64,000 nucleotides of DNA from Candidatus Sericytochromatia bacterium (GTDB lineage Bacteria; Cyanobacteriota; Sericytochromatia; S15B-MN24; VGJW01), in assembly GCA_035285865.1 (NCBI GenBank), contig JAYKHS010000005.1, forward strand, positions 58,057 through 122,056, given 5' to 3'. Every line of letters starts with the position of its first letter. Position 1 is the first letter of the stretch. The position numbers and the translations under genes were made by a program. The notes under the pieces are model-generated. The model was not told the DNA's origin and made no database searches. It saw nothing but the letters and a program-made list of their open reading frames with translations. This document shows, piece by piece, positions 1-9,590 of the stretch.

Positions 1-201
1 CAGGCTTGGCGTGACCTTTCGGTGGATCAGGTGTTGTTGACGGGCGGCCTCGGTGCTCGCCTCGCGCCCTGGCTCGAGGGTCACAAGGCCTTGCCCGATG
101 TGCTGCTTGCGGCCGAGCCCCGCCATGGCGTCGCCCAAGGGGCTTACCACTTCGAGTTCCGGCAGCCTGGTTCGGAATCGGCTGCTCCGGTCGAGGCCTG
201 A
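1..201 (+). CDS. Partial (C-terminal end) actin-fold ATPase, ParM/StbA- or MreB-like
   Basis: Not in the ORF track. Frame +1 is open from base 1 to TGA 199-201 and reads ...VDQVLLTGGLGARLAPWL...VLLAAEPRHGVAQGAYHF, resembling the adenosine (xLTGG) and connect-2 (P..vA.G) motifs of actin-like ATPases. Confidence 0.6.
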   Translation, partial: QAWRDLSVDQVLLTGGLGARLAPWLEGHKALPDVLLAAEPRHGVAQGAYHFEFRQPGSESAAPVEA

Positions 202-207
202 TCCCGC

Positions 208-1356
208 GTGTTCCGGGACCTGCAGCGCCAGCTGGGGGAAATCCTGGGGCGAACGCCCGACCCGCTGGGTGCCATCACGCCCGAGCAGCTCAAGGTCGTG
301 CTCCGGAACATCGAGACGCGTTACCACGACTTGCGCGAGGAGAACGGCCGATTGCGGCGTCAGGCCGAGGAATCGCGGGCCGTGGCCGAGCGGCTCGAGA
401 CCGAGCGTGATGTCGCTCGCCGCGAGGCCGAGCGGGGTCCCGAGGCGATGTTGTCCCGCATGGCCGAGATGCAGCGGGAACTGGTCGCCGCAAGGGACGG
501 TCAGGAACAGCTGGCGCTCGAGGTTGCCCAGTTCCGCCAGTTGCTGGTCGATGCCGATGCACTGAAGGATCAGGCGCTTGCCGATGCGCGCGGCATGGAG
601 GATCGGGTCCGGGCTCTCGAGGCGGAGCGGGACCGGCTCCTCGTGGCGCTGGAACGAGCCGAGGAGGCGCGCGACGAATCACAGGGGGCGAGCGTGGCGA
701 TGCGCGAGGACCTCGAAGGAGCGCGGGAGGAGACCGTTCGTCTTGGCGTACGCGTCAGAGACCTCGAGGCTGCGCTCGAGGCTTGCGAGGAGGCCGTGGC
801 GACAGAGCGGGAGGGTCGCGACGCAGCCCTTCGCCTGTTGGCTGCCGATCCCGAGAAAGAGGCACTCAAGGAACAGGTGCGCGAGCTTGAAGCGCGGGTG
901 CTGTCGCTCGAGTCCGAGCAGATCGAACGAGAGACGGCACTGGCCGAGGCACTGAGCGCACGGGACGAGGTTCGTGAGGCCGAGGACCCGGGTGCGAGCC
1001 GGGAGCTCGAGGAGCGGCTGGCCGTGGCCGAGGGGGAACGGGATGCCTTGGGCCGCATCGTCGAGACCTTGCGTGGCGAGCAGGAGCGTCTGACGGCCGA
1101 GATGCGTCGCCTGGGCGAGGACCATGGAGACATCCAGGCGCGGATGTCCGACCTGTCCTTGCGGACGCGCCGCGTGCCCGATCCGTCTGTTCCGCCGGGC
1201 GACGTGGGTGAACTGCGTCGGCAGATGGAGGATTTGGGGCACAAACTGGATAGGATGGTTCAGCAGCGTGGCCCCGAGCGTGGCCGTCAGCGGGCTTCGC
1301 GCCCTGAGGCGGGCGCGGATCCCGCACGCAAATTGGACTGGTTGATGGGGCGCTGA
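208..1356 (+). CDS. Long coiled-coil (E/R/A/L-rich) protein
   Basis: 382 aa with continuous heptad-like composition; 6 bp after the upstream stop and 2 bp before the SLT gene. Confidence 0.7.
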   Translation: MFRDLQRQLGEILGRTPDPLGAITPEQLKVVLRNIETRYHDLREENGRLRRQAEESRAVAERLETERDVARREAERGPEAMLSRMAEMQRELVAARDGQEQLALEVAQFRQLLVDADALKDQALADARGMEDRVRALEAERDRLLVALERAEEARDESQGASVAMREDLEGAREETVRLGVRVRDLEAALEACEEAVATEREGRDAALRLLAADPEKEALKEQVRELEARVLSLESEQIERETALAEALSARDEVREAEDPGASRELEERLAVAEGERDALGRIVETLRGEQERLTAEMRRLGEDHGDIQARMSDLSLRTRRVPDPSVPPGDVGELRRQMEDLGHKLDRMVQQRGPERGRQRASRPEAGADPARKLDWLMGR

Positions 1357-1358
1357 GC

Positions 1359-1904
1359 GTGCGTCCCGAGGGGCTCGACCACGTCCTTGGTCGCATTCGC
1401 GATCTGGAGGATCGACTGGGGCTGGGACAGCGGCCCGAGGCCCGTGCAGGTGCGACCTTGGCCCCGTCCGGCAGGGCTCCGGCCCCTGGCACCTTGCCTC
1501 CGATGCAGGGTGCGGGTGCCTTCCGGGATGCGATTGCTGCGGCGGCACGCCACCAGGGCGTGGACCCGCGGTTGCTCGAAGCCGTGGTCGAGGCCGAGTC
1601 CGGGGGCAATCCCTCGGCCGTCTCCTCCAAGGGTGCGATGGGCCTCATGCAGCTCATGCCGAGTACTGCCCGGGCGCTGGGAGTCTCCCGTCCCCTCGAT
1701 CCCGTCCAGAATCTGGAGGGTGGGGCTCGCTATCTCGCGGAACAACTGCGCAACTTCGGGTCCGTCGAGCAGGCGCTAGCTGCCTACAACGCCGGCCCTC
1801 AGGCCGTGCGTCGCCACGGGGGCGTTCCGCCCTACCCCGAGACGAACAACTATGTGACGAAGATCATGGAGCGGATGCGCGCAACAGAGCCTGATTCCCG
1901 CTAA
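1359..1904 (+). CDS. Lytic transglycosylase, SLT domain
   Basis: Motifs [45 protein letters not shown]. Confidence 0.92.
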   Translation: MRPEGLDHVLGRIRDLEDRLGLGQRPEARAGATLAPSGRAPAPGTLPPMQGAGAFRDAIAAAARHQGVDPRLLEAVVEAESGGNPSAVSSKGAMGLMQLMPSTARALGVSRPLDPVQNLEGGARYLAEQLRNFGSVEQALAAYNAGPQAVRRHGGVPPYPETNNYVTKIMERMRATEPDSR

Positions 1905-1929
1905 AGTCCCCCTGCAGGTCTGCCGAACA
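1902..1929 (+). promoter_or_regulatory. Sigma-28 (FliA/SigD)-like promoter of flgF
   Basis: TAAA-N16-GCCGAACA, upstream of GGAGG SD and flgF ATG 1966. Confidence 0.65.
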
Positions 1930-1965
1930 TAAAACCGTTCGCACGACTTATGTCAGGGAGGTCCG

Positions 1966-2730
1966 ATGATCCGGGGCATCTACACGGCAGCATCCGCGAT
2001 GCTGGTCCAGATGGGGCTCCAGGACGTCGTCGGCAACAACCTGGCCAACGCCAACACCACCGCCTACAAGCGGGACGAGGTGTCCTTCAAGGCGCGGATC
2101 GACAAGACGATGTACCGCGTGGGCATGGCTCCCGGCGGTCCGGTTGATGGGCGCAGCCTCATCGGCAAGCTCTCGACAGGCTCGCAGGTGGCCGAGATCC
2201 GGCCGAACTTGGCGCAAGGCGAGCTGCGGCCCACCGACAATCCGCTGGATCTGGGTATCCGGGGCAAGGGCTTCTTTCTCGTCGAGAACGACAACGGGGA
2301 GCAGTTCCTGACCAGGGCCGGAAACTTCCTGGTGGATCGGGAGCGCAATCTCGTGGACGCTACGGGAGCCCGCGTGGTGGGTGACGGAGGGCCGCTCGTG
2401 ATGCCCGAGCGCGCGACGGTGCTCATCAGTCAGGAAGGCGTCATCACCGCAGGTTCCAAGGTCGTCGGCAGGCTTGCCATCCGCGAGGTGGCGCGCCCTG
2501 CCGAGCAGCTCGAGAAGGTGGGCGTCGGGCGTTTTCGTCTGAAAGCCGGCGAGATGGTCGCCAGTCGCTCCGAAGTGCATCAGGGTTACCTGGAGGCGTC
2601 GGACGTCTCGCCGACGCATGAGATGGTCAAGATGGTCACGGCGATGCGGTCCTACGAGAGTTCGTCCAAGGCGATGCAGACGCACGACGAACTGCTGGGC
2701 AAGGCCGTCAACGAGTTGGGCAGGGTCTAG
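1966..2730 (+). CDS. flgF: Flagellar basal-body rod protein FlgF/FlhO
   Basis: MIRGIYTAASAM, NNLANANT, TDNPLDLGI, TRAGNF, QGYLEASDV...EMVKM. Confidence 0.85.
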   Translation: MIRGIYTAASAMLVQMGLQDVVGNNLANANTTAYKRDEVSFKARIDKTMYRVGMAPGGPVDGRSLIGKLSTGSQVAEIRPNLAQGELRPTDNPLDLGIRGKGFFLVENDNGEQFLTRAGNFLVDRERNLVDATGARVVGDGGPLVMPERATVLISQEGVITAGSKVVGRLAIREVARPAEQLEKVGVGRFRLKAGEMVASRSEVHQGYLEASDVSPTHEMVKMVTAMRSYESSSKAMQTHDELLGKAVNELGRV

Positions 2731-2758
2731 GACCCGAAGGTCAGGGAGAACCACCGCC

Positions 2759-3541
2759 ATGATGGGAGCACTCTACAGCGCGGCCTCGGGGATGAAGGCC
2801 CAGCAGCTGAATATCGACGTCATCTCCAACAATCTCGCGAACGTCAACACCGGGGGCTTCAAGAAGTCCCGGGCCGAGTTCCAGGACCTCCTCTACCGCA
2901 CCATCGCCGAGGCCGGCGTCCCGGTCAGCGGGGGCTCCAACACGCCGGTCGGCACCCAGGTGGGTACCGGTACCCGCTCCATCGCCATCTCCAAGGTCTT
3001 CAGCCAGGGCGACTTCAACCAGACGGACAATCCCCTCGATCTGACGATCGAGAACGACGGCTTCTTCGTCGTGCAGATGCCCGATGGCACCCAGGCCTTC
3101 ACGCGTGATGGTGCCCTCAAGATCGATCGCACGGGCCAGATCGTGACGGCAGAGGGTTATCCCCTCGTCCCGAACATCACCATCCCCCCTGGCGTGGTGC
3201 GCCCCAATGTCAGCCCGGAAGGCATCATCACGGCGACCATCGCGGGCGTGAACACGACGCTCGGCCAGCTTCAACTGGCGCGCTTCCTGAACCCTTCGGG
3301 CCTCAGTGCCGTGGGCCACAACCTCTACCGCGTGACCAACGCGTCCGGTGATCCCATTCAGGGCCTGCCCGGCATCGATGGCATGGGCAGCGTGATGCAG
3401 GGTTACCTCGAGGGCTCGAACGTCCGTGTCGTCGACGAGATGGTCAACCTGATCGTCGCCCAGCGCGCTTACGAGGCCAACAGCAAGTCGATCCAGACCT
3501 CGGACGACATGCTCAGCCAGGCCAACACCCTGAAGCGGTAG
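2759..3541 (+). CDS. flgG: Flagellar distal rod protein FlgG
   Basis: ALYSAASGMKAQQ, SNNLANVNT.GFKKSRAEFQDLLY, QGYLEGSNV, AQRAYEANSK; start moved to ATG 2759 after GGAG. Confidence 0.93.
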   Translation: MMGALYSAASGMKAQQLNIDVISNNLANVNTGGFKKSRAEFQDLLYRTIAEAGVPVSGGSNTPVGTQVGTGTRSIAISKVFSQGDFNQTDNPLDLTIENDGFFVVQMPDGTQAFTRDGALKIDRTGQIVTAEGYPLVPNITIPPGVVRPNVSPEGIITATIAGVNTTLGQLQLARFLNPSGLSAVGHNLYRVTNASGDPIQGLPGIDGMGSVMQGYLEGSNVRVVDEMVNLIVAQRAYEANSKSIQTSDDMLSQANTLKR

Positions 3542-3554
3542 GAACTGACTCGCG

Positions 3555-3902
3555 ATGAACTTGTCGATCGGACCCGCTGCCGGCCGTCTCGCCCCCGCCC
3601 CCGCCCTGGGGCCCGGTGCGGGCGGTGGGGTGGGTCGCGGTCGTGCAAGGGCCAAGGATGATCGGGGTCGCCTGGTTCAGGCGGCGCAGGAGTTCGAAGC
3701 CATCCTGGTCCAGCACATGCTGGAGACCATGCGGAAGGCCAAGCTGGCCGAGGATCCGCTCGACAAGGGCAACGCGGCGTCCATCATCCATTCGTTGCAG
3801 GACGAGGCCATGGCGCGTTCCATCTCGAAGGGCAAAGGCCTCGGGCTGGCCGATGCCATCGTGCGTGACCTCGATCTCCGGATGGCGAAGGCGCGGCACT
3901 AA
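3555..3902 (+). CDS. flgJ: Single-domain FlgJ-like rod-binding protein (no muramidase domain)
   Basis: L.QAAQEFEAILVQHMLETMRK and GLGLADAI rod-binding motifs; position after flgG. Confidence 0.8.
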   Translation: MNLSIGPAAGRLAPAPALGPGAGGGVGRGRARAKDDRGRLVQAAQEFEAILVQHMLETMRKAKLAEDPLDKGNAASIIHSLQDEAMARSISKGKGLGLADAIVRDLDLRMAKARH

Positions 3903-3927
3903 AGTTCTCCGGGACTCCTGTCGATGA
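3900..3927 (+). promoter_or_regulatory. Sigma-28-like promoter of flgM-flgN-flgK-flgL
   Basis: TAAA-N16-GTCGATGA directly upstream of flgM. Confidence 0.65.
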
Positions 3928-3967
3928 TGTTCATGGGATGGAGTTCCATCCCGAAGAGGAACGGAAG

Positions 3968-4279
3968 ATGAGGATCGACCCACGGCTGCTTTCGCAGCAC
4001 AACGATGTGGCGGCGACCCAGCGCAAGCGGGAAGCCGACGCCCTGAAGCCTTCGGCACCGGTTTCCGGTCCGGCGGCCCAGGTCTCGCTGTCCGGTCCCG
4101 GTGAGGCGCTTCAGCGATTCGGCGCGGTGCTTGGCAAGTCCGAGGTCAACCGTTCCGAGCTGGTGGCGCGCCTCAAGGCGGAGGTCGAAGCTGGAACCTA
4201 CCAGCCGAGCGGGGAATCCATCGCCAAGGCGATCCTCGATCGCGACGCCGACGCCGTCGACGTCGACGCCCTCCGTTAG
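3968..4279 (+). CDS. flgM: Anti-sigma-28 factor FlgM
   Basis: QVSLS...RSELVARLKAEVEAGTYQPSGESIAKAIL; ATG 3968 after GAGGA. Confidence 0.85.
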   Translation: MRIDPRLLSQHNDVAATQRKREADALKPSAPVSGPAAQVSLSGPGEALQRFGAVLGKSEVNRSELVARLKAEVEAGTYQPSGESIAKAILDRDADAVDVDALR

Positions 4280-4288
4280 GGGTCGGCC

Positions 4289-4795
4289 ATGGAAGCCCTC
4301 GAAGTCTTTGTCTCTTGCCTGGAGCGGGAGGTCAAGGCTTACGAGGGTTTCTTGGCGCGCCTGCCGCTGAAGCTGGCGCTGATGCGCAAGAATCAGGTGG
4401 GTCCGCTCGCCGCTCTGGTGGCGAGAGAGGAAGACGACAGGCGGACCCTGGTGGCCATCGAGGTCGAACGTCGTGGCGCTGCGCGTCCGGTCGCGGCTGC
4501 ACTGGGCTTGTCCGAGGCAGCGTCCTTGAGAGAGATGGCGGATGCGCTTGGCGGCGAAGCGCGTGAGCGGGTCCTCGCGCTGCGTGAGCGGCTCGCCGAG
4601 GTGCTGGGGCGTTTGCGTGCCGGCCAGGAAACTGCGTCGCTGTTGGCTCAAGCCAGCCTCGATTACGTCGGATTCTCCCTCGGGCTTTTCAGCCGAGCCC
4701 TCAACCCCGAGGTCCAACTGGCCGACATGACTTATGGGGGAATGCCCGGCGGCGTCGGGCGCGCAGCCTCCAGCCTGCTCGACCGGACGGCCTGA
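4289..4795 (+). CDS. flgN: Flagellar export chaperone FlgN
   Basis: Helical 168-aa protein between flgM and flgK; C-terminal TY.G...LLDRTA typical of FlgN. Confidence 0.75.
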   Translation: MEALEVFVSCLEREVKAYEGFLARLPLKLALMRKNQVGPLAALVAREEDDRRTLVAIEVERRGAARPVAAALGLSEAASLREMADALGGEARERVLALRERLAEVLGRLRAGQETASLLAQASLDYVGFSLGLFSRALNPEVQLADMTYGGMPGGVGRAASSLLDRTA

Positions 4796-4826
4796 GCAGG
4801 CGGGGGCCCCGAGTGGGGAGGTCCGG

Positions 4827-6389
4827 ATGTCCGCAGGCGATCTGACGCGGCTCGGCATCAATGCGGCGACCAGGGGGTTGTTCGCGGCCCAGGCCGCCCT
4901 GACCACTGCAGGTCATGACATCACGAATGCCAACACCGAGGGGTTCAGCCGCCAGCGGGTCGAGCAGAGTTCGCTGCACCAGCAATTCCCTTTGGGCACG
5001 AATTCGGATCGGGTATTCTCGTCGATCGGCAATGGCGTCGAGGTCACGCGCGTGACGCGGCTTCGCGAAGGCTTCCTCGACGATCGGTTCAGAGCCATCA
5101 ACCTCTCGTATTCGGAGCAGGCAGCCGTCAACAACGCCATTCGCGAGATCGAGGGCGTCTTCAACGAGCCATCGGATTCGGGCCTGAACGCGACGCTCGC
5201 CAGCTTCTTCGATTCGTGGCACGAGCTCTCGACGCACCCGACCGAGTCGTCTGCACGGGCGGCAGTCCGTGAGGCCGGCAAGACCCTGGCCCGCGCGCTC
5301 AACGAGACGGCGGCAGGTCTGTCTGCCGTGCGTCGGCACCTGGACTCCCAGGTGGCGGCCGCGACCGATGAAATCAACGCCCACGTGCGCGAAATCGCGG
5401 CACTGAACGCCCAGATCGTGGCGTCTCAGGGTTCGGGGCTGTCCCCCAACGACCTGCTCGATGCGCGGGATCTTGCGTTGGATCGTCTGTCGGGGTTGGT
5501 CAAGACGAACCTGTCCACCCATTCGGATGGTTCGATCTGGGTCTACTGCTACGGCAAGGGGCTTGTGACCGGCATTCAGGCCAATGAACTCAAGACACTG
5601 CCCGGCACCGACATGGGCTTGTCCAACATCGCGTACAAGGGCGAGCTGCTGACGCCTGAGGTTCTCGGGGGGCGCCTCAAGGGTCTGCTCGAGGTCCGTG
5701 ATCAGGTCATCGGTCGGTCTCTGGTACCGGATGGGTTCAACCTGCCCAATACGCCCAATGGCTTGGCCTATCAGCTGGATCAGGTCGCCTCCCAGCTTGC
5801 CGAGGCCGTCAACGCGCTGCATGCCGCCGGTACCAACCTGGCGGGAACACCGTCGATCGAGTTCTTCGCCGTAGATGCCGCCCGAGTGACGGAAGGCGCG
5901 AGCCTGAGCCGTACGACCATCACGGCGCATTCGATCGCGGTCAACGATCTGCTGGTGGAGGCCGGTCTGCCCGGACTAGATCTGATCTCGGCGGGGGGTG
6001 CGCCGACGACGGACCCCGTCACCGGCCTGCCCGTCACGCCCAAACCGGCAGACAACCGCACGGCATTAGCCATCGCACAGCTGCGGGACCGGCCACTCAT
6101 CCGTGCATCGTTTCCCTATGCGGGCGGGTCTCAGGAGTTCTCGGTCCAGGATTACTACCGAAACATCCTGACGACGCTGGGTGTTTCCGGACAGGCCGCC
6201 GATCGGCAGGAGGCCAACCAGAAGGCCTTGCGCGAGAACGTGGAGTCACAGCGCCAGGCCGTCAGCGGCGTGAATCTGGATGAGGAGTTCGCCAGCATGA
6301 TCAAGCATCAGCACGCCTATGCGGCCTCGGCACGCTTGATCACGGTCTTCGACGACATGATGAAGACCGTCGTCGAGCTGGTGAGGTAG
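4827..6389 (+). CDS. flgK: Hook-associated protein FlgK
   Basis: GHDITNANTEGFSRQRV, GNGVEV..V.R.R, PNDLLDARD, SGVNLDEE...QHAYAASARLI; ATG 4827 after GGAGG. Confidence 0.93.
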   Translation: MSAGDLTRLGINAATRGLFAAQAALTTAGHDITNANTEGFSRQRVEQSSLHQQFPLGTNSDRVFSSIGNGVEVTRVTRLREGFLDDRFRAINLSYSEQAAVNNAIREIEGVFNEPSDSGLNATLASFFDSWHELSTHPTESSARAAVREAGKTLARALNETAAGLSAVRRHLDSQVAAATDEINAHVREIAALNAQIVASQGSGLSPNDLLDARDLALDRLSGLVKTNLSTHSDGSIWVYCYGKGLVTGIQANELKTLPGTDMGLSNIAYKGELLTPEVLGGRLKGLLEVRDQVIGRSLVPDGFNLPNTPNGLAYQLDQVASQLAEAVNALHAAGTNLAGTPSIEFFAVDAARVTEGASLSRTTITAHSIAVNDLLVEAGLPGLDLISAGGAPTTDPVTGLPVTPKPADNRTALAIAQLRDRPLIRASFPYAGGSQEFSVQDYYRNILTTLGVSGQAADRQEANQKALRENVESQRQAVSGVNLDEEFASMIKHQHAYAASARLITVFDDMMKTVVELVR

Positions 6390-6399
6390 GGAGGTAGCC

Positions 6400-7308
6400 A
6401 TGCGCGTATCCCAGCGGGCAATCAACGACGTCACGGTCGCCAACCTTGGTGTCAGCCTCGAGAAGATGCTGCATCTGCAGGAAAAGATCTCGACGGGGCG
6501 CGCCATCAGTCGGCCTTCCGACCAGCCCATCGACTTCAACCGCTCCATGGGCATCCGGTCGGTGCTCGAGGGGAACGCGCAGCAGCAGCGCAACATCGAG
6601 TTCGCCAGGTCCTGGTTGAACTCCACGGATTCGGCCATCCAGCAGGCAACCAGCATCGTGCATCGTGCCCGCGAATTGGCCGTTCGTGGGGCGAACGATT
6701 CGATGGATCCCCTCGCTCGCCAGCAGATGGCAGCCGAGGTGCGCCAGTTGCGAGAGCAGATGAGGGTTGTCGGCAACACCGACTTGGGCGGCCGCTATCT
6801 CTTCGCGGGTTCGGACCAGCTGGAAACACCCTATCCCACGGGTGCTCCCGATCTCAACAACAGGGACGAACTGGCCTTCGAGGTCGGTATGAAGGTCACG
6901 ATGACCTACAACGTGCCGGGTCATATCGTGTTTGGCGACACCGCGGTCGATGGGACGGGCAATCCGGTGGATCCGACCAATGTGTTCAAGGTATTGGATG
7001 ATCTGAACACGGCACTCACGAGCAACGATGGGGCGGGAATTGCCCGTATGCTCGGCATGTTCGACGCGCGGCTCGAGAAGTTCCTCGCAGCTCAGGCCGA
7101 GATTGGTGCCAAGGTCAACCGACTGGACCTGTTGACGGACAGGCTGGAAGATCAGAGGGTCAACCTGCAAGGCCTGAAGAGCGAAGCCGAAGATGCAGAC
7201 ATCGCGACGCTCATCACGGACCTGAACCAGCAGGACTCGGTCTATCGTGCCTCGCTCGCGGCAACCCAGCGCGTCATCCAGCCGACCTTGCTCGACTACT
7301 TGAGGTGA
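6400..7308 (+). CDS. flgL: Hook-associated protein FlgL
   Basis: MRVSQ, ISTGRAISRPSD.P, GRYLFAG, YRASL..TQRVIQPTLLDYLR. Confidence 0.93.
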   Translation: MRVSQRAINDVTVANLGVSLEKMLHLQEKISTGRAISRPSDQPIDFNRSMGIRSVLEGNAQQQRNIEFARSWLNSTDSAIQQATSIVHRARELAVRGANDSMDPLARQQMAAEVRQLREQMRVVGNTDLGGRYLFAGSDQLETPYPTGAPDLNNRDELAFEVGMKVTMTYNVPGHIVFGDTAVDGTGNPVDPTNVFKVLDDLNTALTSNDGAGIARMLGMFDARLEKFLAAQAEIGAKVNRLDLLTDRLEDQRVNLQGLKSEAEDADIATLITDLNQQDSVYRASLAATQRVIQPTLLDYLR

Positions 7309-7778
7309 GTTTCGTGGAAATTGTTTCGCAGCAGCTGGGCTGTCTCGAGTACGGTGAACAGGACCTGCTGTCCTTCCCCGACGGCATCCTGGGCTTTCCG
7401 CAATGGCATGGCTATCTTCTGGTGGACCAGGATGACGTGGCACCCCTCCGCTGGCTGCAGCCTGTCGACGAGCCGGCCGTGACGTTCACGGTTCTGGACC
7501 CCTACCTGTTCATTCCTGACTATCGTGTCAGGCTCGGTGACGAGGACCGAACGGCCCTCGACCTGAAGGACGAGGACGAGCCCGCCGTCCTCGTGCTGGT
7601 CACGATTCCCGAGGATCCCAGCCAAATGACGGCAAATCTCCTCGGCCCGTTGGTCTTCAACCCGCGGACGAGCAGGGGGCGTCAATTGGTCCTTCACGAC
7701 AGCGGCTACCCGATCCGGCATCCTCTGGTCGCGCCTGCCCCCGAGGCAGAGGCGGCGACACCTCCGGCCGCGGTGTAG
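7305..7778 (+). CDS. fliW: Flagellar assembly factor FliW
   Basis: FPDGILGF, WLQ, DPYLFIPDY, MTANLLGPLVFN...GRQ.VL....Y.IRH. Confidence 0.93.
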   Translation: MSFVEIVSQQLGCLEYGEQDLLSFPDGILGFPQWHGYLLVDQDDVAPLRWLQPVDEPAVTFTVLDPYLFIPDYRVRLGDEDRTALDLKDEDEPAVLVLVTIPEDPSQMTANLLGPLVFNPRTSRGRQLVLHDSGYPIRHPLVAPAPEAEAATPPAAV

Positions 7779-7782
7779 ATCC

Positions 7783-8148
7783 ATGTTGGTGCTAAGCCGC
7801 AAGCTCAACCAATCCATCGTCATCGGCGAGCAGATCGAGATCGTGGTTCTCGAGATCAAAGGCGACGTCGTCAAGATCGGCGTCAAGGCCCCACGGGACG
7901 TTTCGGTATATCGCCAGGAGGTGTTCGTCGAGATCCAGGCCGAAAACACCCGGGCGGCAGGTTCCGACAGGCCCTCGACACAGGTCTCCAATGCAGGTGC
8001 CCTGCTCAAGCAGGCGCTCGGGGGCAAGCCCTTCACGGGCGCGCCGGGTGCCGGCTTCGGGCGTCCGTCCGCGGCAAAGGTTCGTCTCGATTCTCCAGGA
8101 ACCGAGTCCGGAAAGGCTGGCCCCGATCCGGGCTCGGGAGCCGTCTAG
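7783..8148 (+). CDS. csrA: Carbon storage regulator CsrA with long C-terminal tail
   Basis: MLVLSRKLNQSIVIG...VKIGVKAPRDVSVYRQEV. Confidence 0.95.
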   Translation: MLVLSRKLNQSIVIGEQIEIVVLEIKGDVVKIGVKAPRDVSVYRQEVFVEIQAENTRAAGSDRPSTQVSNAGALLKQALGGKPFTGAPGAGFGRPSAAKVRLDSPGTESGKAGPDPGSGAV

Positions 8149-8255
8149 CTTCGCTCGGGCTGCCTCCACCCCGATGCTGATCCCCTGGCGAGGCCCAAGT
8201 ACGGTGTGCTTCCGCTACCATGGCAGCGTGCGGTGGGGTACGTAGCGGCAGGGAC

Positions 8256-9590
8256 ATGAAGATCAAGCAATTCCGGGCGCCGACGATGCAGGAGGCCATC
8301 GCCCGCATCAAGGTCGAACTCGGGTCCGATGCCGTCATCCTCCACCAGAAGAATGTCCGGGTGGGCGGTTTTCTGGGCATCGGTGCCCGCCATGAGGTGG
8401 AGGTCCTTGCCGCCATCGACGAGACGAATCGTCCGGCACATGAGCCTGCCAGACCGCCTGCCCGACCAAGCGTGCAGGTCGACATGGACAGCGTCCTCCC
8501 GTGGGAGGTCAAGGAGGACCCTGAGCCCTCGCCGCTGCTCGAACAGCGGGCACGGATCGTACCTGCAGCCGGGACGCCTGCTGCTGCAGTGCCTGTCTCG
8601 CCCATGCCAGCAGAGGCCGCTGAGGAACCGCAGGGTGCTCCCGTCCCGGCGCTGGAGTCCTCGGCGCTGGTTGCCGAAATCAAGGATGCCGTGCTTCGCG
8701 AGATCGGCGGCCAGATGCGTGAGAGCCTGACCTCGGCGGTGGGTGAAGTGACGCAGCGGGTCGAGGACGTGGTGTCTCGTCTCGAGCAGATGGGGCAAGC
8801 GAAGTCTGCCTGGACGCCAGGCCAGCAGCGGTTCCATGACCGTCTGGTCAAACAGGACGTCGAGCCCGCCTTGGTTCGGCAGATGCTGGCACGCCTGCAT
8901 GCACTTGGCGTTGCTCATGAGCCGGCCCTCTCCGAGCGATTCCCGGACGTGTTGGGCGAGATGGTCCGTTTTGGCGGACCCATCCTGCCCCCCGGGCCGC
9001 AGCGCGAGGGACCGCGCCTGGTGGCGCTCGTCGGCCCGACCGGGGTGGGCAAGACCACCACCATCGCCAAGTTGGCCGCGACCTGGATACTGCACCACAA
9101 GGCCAGCGTCGGCCTGATCACCTTCGATACCTATCGGGTTGCGGCCGTCGACCAGCTCAAGGTCTACGGTGACATCATCGGCATTCCGGTCGAGGTCGTC
9201 CTGACACCGGGGGGGCTGCGCGAAGCTCTGAAGCGTCTGGATTCCCGAGATTTGATCCTCATCGATACTCCGGGCCGCAGCCCCTCACACAAGCTTCATC
9301 TGAGCGAGTTGCGCAGCTTCCTCGATGTGGCGCCAGAGCGCGAGGTGCACCTGGTGCTGTCGGCACCGACAACCCGAGTCAACCTGATGCAGGCCGTTGA
9401 GAGTTTCCGGCATGTGGGCGTCGATCGCCTGTTGTTCACCAAGACCGACGAGGCCGTGACGATGGGGGCCGTTTTCTCCGTTGCCAGTGCCGTCGGGTTG
9501 CCCTTGTCCTACGTCACGGTGGGCCAGTCCGTCCCGGATGATCTGGTGGTTGCCGATCGCGACCTGATGCTCAAGGGGCTGCTGGGCTGA
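8256..9590 (+). CDS. flhF: Flagellar SRP-family GTPase FlhF
   Basis: MKIKQFRAPTMQEAI..IKVELGSDAVIL, GPTGVGKTTTIAKLAA, DTYRVAA, DTPGRS, TKTDE, GQSVPDD. Confidence 0.93.
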   Translation: MKIKQFRAPTMQEAIARIKVELGSDAVILHQKNVRVGGFLGIGARHEVEVLAAIDETNRPAHEPARPPARPSVQVDMDSVLPWEVKEDPEPSPLLEQRARIVPAAGTPAAAVPVSPMPAEAAEEPQGAPVPALESSALVAEIKDAVLREIGGQMRESLTSAVGEVTQRVEDVVSRLEQMGQAKSAWTPGQQRFHDRLVKQDVEPALVRQMLARLHALGVAHEPALSERFPDVLGEMVRFGGPILPPGPQREGPRLVALVGPTGVGKTTTIAKLAATWILHHKASVGLITFDTYRVAAVDQLKVYGDIIGIPVEVVLTPGGLREALKRLDSRDLILIDTPGRSPSHKLHLSELRSFLDVAPEREVHLVLSAPTTRVNLMQAVESFRHVGVDRLLFTKTDEAVTMGAVFSVASAVGLPLSYVTVGQSVPDDLVVADRDLMLKGLLG

